Source: a bacterium (GTDB lineage: Bacteria > Patescibacteriota > Patescibacteriia > Magasanikbacterales > GWA2-37-8). From it: DNA of 64,000 nt. The notes beneath the pieces were generated by a model. That model searched no databases, had not been told where the DNA came from, and was given only the letters and a program-made list of their open reading frames with translations. This document shows, piece by piece, positions 57,527-64,000 of this stretch (positions are counted from its first letter, which is position 1; each line of letters opens with the position of its first letter). The stretch is from the NCBI GenBank assembly GCA_043810165.1, contig JBDROJ010000030.1, positions 866 through 64,865 on the forward strand, in the 5' to 3' direction. A program made the position numbers and the translations under genes.

Positions 57527-57958
57527 ATGTTCATCGGTGAATATAGCCACAACCTAGACAATAAAGGAAGGCTGGCCATACCAGTCAAATTTAGGCGTGA
57601 TTTGGCTAAAGGAGCCGTGGTCACACACGGACTTGATAAGTGCTTGTTTTTATACACTGGAACAGAATGGCAAGTACTGGCCGAAAAGCTAGCTGGCTTG
57701 CCGTTTAGCCAGGCCAAAGCCAGGGCATTTGCCCGCCTAATGCTGGCCGGCGCAATGGATGTAAAATTGGACAAGCAAGGTCGGATCATATTGCCTGAAT
57801 ATTTGCGCAGGTTCGCAGGTTTAAAGAAAAATACAATAGTAGCTGGATTATTCAACCGCTTGGAAATCTGGGATGATGAAATATGGAATAACTATAAAAC
57901 TAAAACCGAGAAACAAAGCAGTGAAATAGCGGAAAGAATGGGGGAGTTAGGAATCTAG
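57527..57958 (+). CDS. mraZ: Transcriptional regulator MraZ
   Basis: MFIGEYSHNLDNKGRLAIP and a second DxxGR repeat LDKQGRIILP. 143 aa. Confidence 0.9.
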   Translation: MFIGEYSHNLDNKGRLAIPVKFRRDLAKGAVVTHGLDKCLFLYTGTEWQVLAEKLAGLPFSQAKARAFARLMLAGAMDVKLDKQGRIILPEYLRRFAGLKKNTIVAGLFNRLEIWDDEIWNNYKTKTEKQSSEIAERMGELGI

Positions 57959-57961
57959 AAT

Positions 57962-58858
57962 ATGAAGCATGAACCTGTACTATTACAACAAGTGATTAGC
58001 AACTTGCAGTTAAAGCCCGGCATGAACGTGGTTGACTGTACCTTGGGCGACGGCGGACATGCCCGTGCTATTTTAGAAAAATTAGGTAAAAAAGGAAAAT
58101 TATTGGGAATTGATGCTGATGTAGAAGCTGTTTTAAGAGCAAAAAGGTTTTTATATGAATTTGAGGATCGATTTATTGCAGTCAGAGATAACTTCGTTAA
58201 TTTAAAAAAAATTGTCCATGGCCAGGACTTTGGTCAGGTGAATGCGATATTGATGGATCTGGGCTGGTCTAGCCAGCAGTTTTCGGAAAGAGACCGCGGA
58301 TTCAGTTTTCAAAATCAAGATGAGGTGCTGGACATGCGTTATGATGTTAATTCAGAGAAAACCGCTCAGAGCGTGCTAAATAATTATTCAAATGAAGATC
58401 TGTCAAATGTGTTAAGGCGTTATGGCGAAGAAAAGTTTTATCAAGATATTGCTGATAATATAGTTATCCACAGAAAAAAACAAACAATTGAAAAAGTAGG
58501 ACAATTAGTAGAAATTATTTTACAGGTATATAGAGAAAAATTAAATACAGACAAGGATATTCCGTATCTGGGCCATATTCATCCGGCCACTAAAGTTTTC
58601 CAAGCCTTGCGCATTGAAGTCAATGACGAGCTTGAAGCATTAAGACAAGCATTGCCTCAAGCATTGGATATATTGGCTCCGGAAGGGCGCCTGGCAGTCA
58701 TAAGCTTTCACTCTTTGGAAGATCGAATTGTCAAACGATTTTTTCAAAAACAGAAAGATGCCAAAATTATAACTAAAAAACCAATTACCGCTTCATTCCA
58801 GGAAGTTAAGAAAAATCCTAGATCCAGAAGCGCCAAATTAAGAATTTTACAAGTATAA
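57962..58858 (+). CDS. rsmH: 16S rRNA (cytosine1402-N4)-methyltransferase RsmH
   Basis: HEPVLL...VDCTLGDGGHA...LGIDAD are RsmH signatures. It follows mraZ. Confidence 0.9.
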   Translation: MKHEPVLLQQVISNLQLKPGMNVVDCTLGDGGHARAILEKLGKKGKLLGIDADVEAVLRAKRFLYEFEDRFIAVRDNFVNLKKIVHGQDFGQVNAILMDLGWSSQQFSERDRGFSFQNQDEVLDMRYDVNSEKTAQSVLNNYSNEDLSNVLRRYGEEKFYQDIADNIVIHRKKQTIEKVGQLVEIILQVYREKLNTDKDIPYLGHIHPATKVFQALRIEVNDELEALRQALPQALDILAPEGRLAVISFHSLEDRIVKRFFQKQKDAKIITKKPITASFQEVKKNPRSRSAKLRILQV

Positions 58859-58862
58859 ACCT

Positions 58863-59222
58863 ATGTCCTTTAAACGCAAAGTACAAATGCAATATCGCTA
58901 TTTTATTCAGTCTTTGTTTTCTTTCCGCTTGCCAAGTTGGCTAAGTTGCATGGCCACGCGCGTGGTTTTGCTTTTAATTATAATTTTATTTGGCTCTGCA
59001 TATATTGTTAAGACTGCTACCACGGCTTCCAGCGGATATAAAATTCAGGACTTGGAAAAGCAAGTTTATGCTTTGCATGAAGACATAACAAGATTGGAAG
59101 TTAATTTGGCAGATTATAGTTCGATGGCCAGTATTCAAGAGCGATTAACAGGCAGTAATATGGTAGTGGTAAGTGAAGTTAAATACCATGATTCGGACAG
59201 GCAAACAGTAACTAAAAAATAA
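58863..59222 (+). CDS. ftsL: Cell division protein FtsL (small bitopic coiled-coil protein)
   Basis: 119 aa. One TM VVLLLIIILFGSAYIV, then a coiled coil. It sits at the ftsL position of the dcw cluster. Confidence 0.6.
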   Translation: MSFKRKVQMQYRYFIQSLFSFRLPSWLSCMATRVVLLLIIILFGSAYIVKTATTASSGYKIQDLEKQVYALHEDITRLEVNLADYSSMASIQERLTGSNMVVVSEVKYHDSDRQTVTKK

Positions 59223-59303
59223 AAGCAAAACAATTAATACGCAACTCTCTTGATGAGAGTTTTTTTATTGTGAATAAATTATTTTTAGTGTATAATATAG
59301 TAT

Positions 59304-59429
59304 GTAATTGCGAGCGCAAGTGTTGCTGTCATTGCGAGCGTAGCCAAGCAATCTCGTCGGTTCTAGTAATAACGAGTTTGCTTCGTCGCTCCGCTCCTCG
59401 CAATGACAGTGAACCGCTCGCAATGACAG
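59304..59429. repeat. GTCATTGCGAG-family nested palindromic repeat (full copy I, central loop inverted)
   Basis: gtaattgcgagcgcaagtgttgctgtcattgcgagcgtagccaAGCAATCTCGTcggttctagtaataACGAGtTTGCTtcgtcgctccgctcctcgcaatgacagtgaaccgctcgcaatgac. Confidence 0.85.
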
Positions 59430-59484
59430 AGAAAGTTAGGCTAAATTAATATAATTATTTAATAAATTATTTAATTAAAATTTT

Positions 59485-59817
59485 ATGGTAGAAGAAAAAC
59501 AACAATTAAATTTTTTAGAATCATATATCTTAGAAGTTTTAAAACAAAATGGTTTTGATGACTTAACTCCGGAAAATCAAGAAGAATTTTTGCCACAATT
59601 TGTGATTGAGGCTCAAAGAAGAATCGGCGCTACACTTATGCCTTTATTAGAAGAGGAAAAGGCTGAAAGCATGATGTCCATGGTTGATAATCCTGACACT
59701 ACAGATGAACAGTGGTGGAATTTTTGGAATCAAGCCGTTCCGAATTTTAAAGAAACAGTGAGTAAGATTTTAGAAAATTATACAAACGATTTAAAAAAAG
59801 TCTTGTCCGGATTATAA
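59485..59817 (+). CDS. Hypothetical acidic 110-aa protein
   Basis: ORF track only. Confidence 0.3.
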   Translation: MVEEKQQLNFLESYILEVLKQNGFDDLTPENQEEFLPQFVIEAQRRIGATLMPLLEEEKAESMMSMVDNPDTTDEQWWNFWNQAVPNFKETVSKILENYTNDLKKVLSGL

Positions 59818-59832
59818 TTAAATAATAAATAT

Positions 59833-62800
59833 ATGATCCGTTTAGCTCCTGGAAATTCAAATCAAGAAAACGATCCTTCTCAACAGCGAGAGGGTTTTAG
59901 GGATTTTAATCCCGGTAATTACGAAAATGGGAATTTAATCACTTATTATCAAGGCGGACAATGGAAACTAGGAAAAGTGTCTTTAGAAGCTACGCCTGCT
60001 GATGATATTAAAGTTGAAGATGGATATATAAAGATGTCCATAAAAGAAGTTGAAGAAGGAATTACTAAAAAACCTGGAAGAGTTATTTTGACTAAAACAC
60101 CTCGCTTAATTAAATTACCCGATACTTATGGTCCTGGCATACCTTATGTTTTGGACAAAGTAACTTATTTTTATGGTGATTTACACTCTGGACCGAGCGG
60201 TGAAGTGTTGGTTGATCTTAAAGCTTTGGATAAAAAGAATAAAGATTTATTAGGAGTGAATATTGACTTGTTAAACAATGTAAGGACAATAGAAAGCCAG
60301 GAAATTGATTTGGTTAAAAAAATTCAAGAGCTGGCCAATGAAGCTCGGCGCGTTTCCGGAGGCAAAACACAGGAAATAATGGATAATTTGATCAAGCTTA
60401 GAAAAACTATTGCCGGAATGCCGGTGCATCTTGGCTTTATAAGCGACTGGTCGGAAATGGCTCATCATAAAGTTGAATCCATTAACGAAAAGATACAAGC
60501 ACAAATGCAAGAGGTTCAAGAATCTCTTAAAGCTTTTGAAGAAAATATCAAACAAGCAGGAGAATCATCTGCGCAGGAAAAAAATCAAGCTGAAAAATCC
60601 AAACTTGCTCGTAAAATTTTAAGAGTCGCCGATCATATTTTGGCGGAAAATGATAACGCAATGAAAAAGAATCCGGAACTTGCGAAATGGCAGGAGTATG
60701 AAAAAAATCTTGAAAAATATAATAAAGACAAGGAAGAATTTGAAAAGAATAATAAGCCGAAAAAAGGCGATAAAGACAAAGATAAGGACAAAGGCGACGA
60801 CAAGAAGCCCGAATTTACTCAAAAGCCTCCTGTCAAACCAAGCGGAGAAAAGCCAAAATTACCAAGTGAAGATCCTGGTGCCAGAGAAAAAATCATGGCT
60901 GAATTGTATGATAAGCTTGATGGCTTAAATGATAAATTGTTGGTAGCTTATAGAGGTGATTTAAAAAATGAAGTTGATTCGCTTAGAAAAAAACATTGTC
61001 AGGAAAATAACTTGTCAGGTTTGGAAGATTATCCTAAAGATGGCGATACATATAAACAAGTAAGCACAGAGAAATTTATTGAAGTATTAGAAAGATGGAA
61101 AGGTTTGGCTCCGGAATCTACGCCTGACCAAGCTCCGGCCGTGGCTGATCCCAATAGTGCGCAAGAACAGCCATCATCGCCAGAAGTCAAAGACTATGCC
61201 AGCCAGCAAATTGAGGATTTAAATCAATTGCAAATAAATTTATTAGAAAAAGCTAAAAAAATAAATGACTTTCATAAGAGAGGTAAATTTGGATTACAAT
61301 TAATGGATATTGATGACAAAGAAATAAAGAGTTTGAACAAGAAAAGTAACAATTTTGAAAACCATGTATTGGAAGTCTATAAACATCTGGACAATATTGA
61401 TCTGGAAATTGAAGCTGAACTGCATACACAGGAAGAGTTCTCTCAAGTTAGGCCAATTGAACACCATGAAAAAAGGCAAGAAACTTTGGATTTAAGTGGG
61501 CTTGATATTATGGAGGTAATGAGAGAAAATAAAGATCGATCCAAAAAAATGCAGGATTTTATGGTTGGCCTGTATAATTCTGAATTGAGCGGAAAAGAAC
61601 CGGATGAAACAAATATCCAAGCTTTTAAGGAGCTATTTAATACGCCAGCCAACCAAGAAATTCTTGGCAAGCTTAAAAAGCGCGGTGTCAGAAGCTGGGA
61701 GCATTTCCAATCATTAATAGACAAACATGCCCAGAAAATGGTTGGAGTTTTGCGTAAAATGATTCAAGATCAGTTGGCACGACAGATAAACATGAAATCC
61801 AGCGTTATTGGCAAGCTTTGGGCACAAAAATGGCGATTGGGCATTCAAGTTGGCGTTACCATATTGGCTGCGGGCAGTATGGCCATTGGTTTTAAAGCTT
61901 TATTGTCAACCGCGGCAATTGGTGTCGTGCTTGGTGCGGCCGCTAGTAAATTAGGCTTGGGCGTGGTTACTGCCGGCGCATTTGGCTCTATTGGCGCTAT
62001 GGCCACTGGAACCGGTAAATTAGTGCATTCAGTTTTTGATAAGCTTGGCTTTAAGGATGCGCGTGAAAAGAAAATAGAAAAATACGAAAGAGAACTTAAA
62101 GTAAAAGTGATTGAAGAACTGCAAGGCAAATGGTTAGATGCCAACGAACTGGAAAATACTACGGCAATGTTTTCTGCCATAATGACAGAAGGCCTAAATA
62201 GCGGTATTGAAGAAGAAAATCAAAAAATTGGCTTGACTCAAGAGCGAATCAAAGATGTGTCTGCGGGTTTATCTGCACAAGAAAAGCAAGAGCTTGACAA
62301 AGAGTTTGCTTCTTTGGGACGTTCTGAAAGAGAAATATACTTGCAAGCCATTGACAAATTAAGAGCACAAGAAAATACCGAACCAACATTTAAACAAAAA
62401 TTAGATTTAATAGTTGCTATTGGCAGGCTAAAAGCCATTGATCCAAGTCATCCCGAACAAATGGCTGAAAAAGAGCCTGGCATGCTGGAAGAAATATATA
62501 AGAGCACTGTCGGAAAAATGGCTATTGGTTTTGTGGTTGGCGCCATGACCACAAATGAATATACTAGATTTGCTTTGGGTGCTGGCGGTGGCGGAATTGC
62601 CAGCATGGTTGCGGTTGACCGTTTGGAAAGTTCTTTAAATGAAAAAAAATCAGAAAAATTATTTCAGAAAAAACTAGATCGATTTAGGAATATTATTAAA
62701 GTATTTGATAATCCTAACTTCACAACTGATAAACAAGATTTAGCTGGTTTACGAACAGTGTACGCCGAATTTAAACTTTTATTAGAAGGCAAAACCAGTG

Positions 62801-64000
62801 GCAAAATTGAAAATGAAAATCTGGTTAAGTATATTCAAGATTATGATATTGTTAAGGCCGAGATTCGTGATTGTTTGAATAAAGTGCAAAGAATAATATT
62901 GAGTGCTGGTTTGGAAGAAATTAAAGATTTGGGAGATCTGGTGGTTGCACAAGCTGAAGAGAAAGTTGGTTGGTTGTCTAAATTCAAGAAAAAAGCCGGA
63001 TGGGGCGCTGTAAAGGTTGGTGCTGGAATTGTCGGCGGTTTTGTCGCAGGCATGGTAGCCGCTGGTATGGGTGAGCGATACCACAGGCATTTGACTATTA
63101 ACAAGCATTCCATTCTGAATTCAACTGGCGCTTCGGGCGTGCAAGAAGCAAAACCCGCAGTTAATTTGGATGCGGTTGTGGATGCTACGCCAAAACCCAG
63201 TGCCAATGAGTTATTGCAAACAAAAAACAGTCCGTTTTTTGCCAAAATGGGTGTTGCACCAACTGAAGTCAACGGCAAATTGCATGTTGAGTTTGAATTG
63301 GGTAAAAATAATGTGCCTTCCACCAGATCCAAATTTTTTCGCCTACTTGCTTTGAATGATATGAAAGAAGATATGATGAGAGATCAATTAATCAAACCGG
63401 CCGAGCAAGCCAAGGTTTTAAATGTATCAGCCAATTTGAGAGCTTTGGCCGCCGGGCATGATATCCCTGGCGCAAATATCAAGGCCAGCGAAGTTAAAGA
63501 TATAATCAGTTTTGACGGCAAAAAGATTATGGTCAAAGATTGGCAAGCTTTGTTTGAAGCAGATAATAATGTAATGGATAGACTGCAAGAGCATGCTTCA
63601 AAAAAATTTGACGGCCCCAATGGAGAATGGGCGGCTGCAGCCGCTAAATCAGGCAAAGCCAATGCTTTGAGGTATGTGGATCTTGTTAATTGGAAAAAAG
63701 ACCTGAATGCCATAGGTTATGATGAAAATCAGATGTCGGATATCCATGTGGAAAAAGGGCATTTTCCTAAACCAGCTCCGACCGAAGTTGATGCTGGCAA
63801 AGCATATTTTGACAAGAATTTTGACCCTTATACTGCTAGTAATGACCCCGCGGACTTTACTTTAAATCCTTTTGATATTCATCCTAAGACTGGTGCTGAA
63901 TCAGTTGTAATTCAAGGTCCTGTTCCAGACCTCAAAAATGTGGTTCCGAACATCTCTAATAATACTACCAGCGGGAGTAGCGGTACATCTACTGGTGGTG
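59833..64000 (+). CDS. Giant (>1389 aa, 3'-partial) hypothetical protein with coiled coils, a KD/KP-rich linker and three glycine-zipper amphipathic or TM segments. It is not in the ORF track because no stop occurs in the window.
   Basis: Manual translation from ATG 59833 stays open to nt 64000. GDKDKDKDKGDDKKPEFTQKPPVKP. Gly/Ala-zipper blocks AIGVVLGAAASKLGLGVVTAGAFGSIGAMATGTG, MAIGFVVGAMTT...ALGAGGGGIASMVAV and VGAGIVGGFVAGMVAAGMG. The minus-strand ORFs across this span are frame shadows. Confidence 0.6.
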   Translation, partial: MIRLAPGNSNQENDPSQQREGFRDFNPGNYENGNLITYYQGGQWKLGKVSLEATPADDIKVEDGYIKMSIKEVEEGITKKPGRVILTKTPRLIKLPDTYGPGIPYVLDKVTYFYGDLHSGPSGEVLVDLKALDKKNKDLLGVNIDLLNNVRTIESQEIDLVKKIQELANEARRVSGGKTQEIMDNLIKLRKTIAGMPVHLGFISDWSEMAHHKVESINEKIQAQMQEVQESLKAFEENIKQAGESSAQEKNQAEKSKLARKILRVADHILAENDNAMKKNPELAKWQEYEKNLEKYNKDKEEFEKNNKPKKGDKDKDKDKGDDKKPEFTQKPPVKPSGEKPKLPSEDPGAREKIMAELYDKLDGLNDKLLVAYRGDLKNEVDSLRKKHCQENNLSGLEDYPKDGDTYKQVSTEKFIEVLERWKGLAPESTPDQAPAVADPNSAQEQPSSPEVKDYASQQIEDLNQLQINLLEKAKKINDFHKRGKFGLQLMDIDDKEIKSLNKKSNNFENHVLEVYKHLDNIDLEIEAELHTQEEFSQVRPIEHHEKRQETLDLSGLDIMEVMRENKDRSKKMQDFMVGLYNSELSGKEPDETNIQAFKELFNTPANQEILGKLKKRGVRSWEHFQSLIDKHAQKMVGVLRKMIQDQLARQINMKSSVIGKLWAQKWRLGIQVGVTILAAGSMAIGFKALLSTAAIGVVLGAAASKLGLGVVTAGAFGSIGAMATGTGKLVHSVFDKLGFKDAREKKIEKYERELKVKVIEELQGKWLDANELENTTAMFSAIMTEGLNSGIEEENQKIGLTQERIKDVSAGLSAQEKQELDKEFASLGRSEREIYLQAIDKLRAQENTEPTFKQKLDLIVAIGRLKAIDPSHPEQMAEKEPGMLEEIYKSTVGKMAIGFVVGAMTTNEYTRFALGAGGGGIASMVAVDRLESSLNEKKSEKLFQKKLDRFRNIIKVFDNPNFTTDKQDLAGLRTVYAEFKLLLEGKTSGKIENENLVKYIQDYDIVKAEIRDCLNKVQRIILSAGLEEIKDLGDLVVAQAEEKVGWLSKFKKKAGWGAVKVGAGIVGGFVAGMVAAGMGERYHRHLTINKHSILNSTGASGVQEAKPAVNLDAVVDATPKPSANELLQTKNSPFFAKMGVAPTEVNGKLHVEFELGKNNVPSTRSKFFRLLALNDMKEDMMRDQLIKPAEQAKVLNVSANLRALAAGHDIPGANIKASEVKDIISFDGKKIMVKDWQALFEADNNVMDRLQEHASKKFDGPNGEWAAAAAKSGKANALRYVDLVNWKKDLNAIGYDENQMSDIHVEKGHFPKPAPTEVDAGKAYFDKNFDPYTASNDPADFTLNPFDIHPKTGAESVVIQGPVPDLKNVVPNISNNTTSGSSGTSTGG

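Noticed and set aside
60271-63713. Minus-strand ORFs 60271..60555, 60619..60822, 61443..61724, 61845..62180, 62238..62438, 62782..63108, 62841..63332, 63384..63713 and plus-strand 60680..60928, 63170..63355
   Set aside because: All lie inside the single long plus-strand frame 59833..64000+, which has coherent coiled-coil and Gly-zipper architecture.
1-64000. CRISPR arrays or rRNA genes
   Set aside because: None seen. The only regular direct repeats are the GTCATTGCGAG boxes, which lack CRISPR-like regular spacer architecture and occur as palindromic pairs.

Overview
This is a low-GC (~33%), gene-dense bacterial window. Coding style and gene content (compact dcw cluster mraZ-rsmH-ftsL, many secreted/surface proteins, small housekeeping set) suggest an uncultured, possibly CPR/Patescibacteria-like organism; that is inference from the sequence only. 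Bases 1-20,800 are an accessory mosaic. (a) Two tandem tRNAs, Glu-CUC and Gln-CUG, are preceded by a small GIY-YIG nuclease gene that sits between copies of a nested palindromic repeat. (b) Immediately after tRNA-Gln is an ~8.5 kb filamentous-phage (inovirus-like) prophage. It carries a large serine recombinase whose 3' end overlaps the tRNA, an HUH rolling-circle Rep, a gVp-like ssDNA-binding protein, three tiny TM proteins, a g8p-like major coat protein, a pIII-like adsorption protein, a pVI-like protein and a Zot/pI-like ATPase. (c) A Type III R-M operon (Mod, Res) is co-oriented and tightly followed by a 490-aa protein with a C-terminal PD-(D/E)xK nuclease motif, a DUF559/Vsr-like endonuclease and a small ORF. 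This looks like a candidate multi-gene defence island. (d) A second, 5'-truncated large-serine-recombinase gene ends in a tRNA-3'-like fragment and is broken by an IS3-family transposase fragment. It is followed by a Pif1-like helicase. An ~840-bp near-identical copy of this truncated recombinase plus tRNA-like fragment recurs at 42.8-43.6 kb inside a glycosylation gene cluster. The remainder is core genome: cyclophilin, a 1080-aa surface protein with a dockerin-type protein, RNase HI, MurA, CtpA, an SPFH protein, Era, L9, PyrG, WbaP-like sugar transferase, S8 protease, a UXS/GT2/DUF2304/GT-C/GT4/methyltransferase/DsbA envelope-glycosylation cluster, RecJ, LepA, a Cys-rich membrane protein, MurJ, a beta-CASP RNase, MraZ, RsmH and FtsL. 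A >1389-aa ORF runs off the 3' edge of the window and is absent from the ORF track. A ~120-130 bp nested-palindrome repeat family (core GTCATTGCGAG ... hairpin ... CTCGCAATGAC) occurs at about 10 intergenic loci. No CRISPR array or rRNA was seen.
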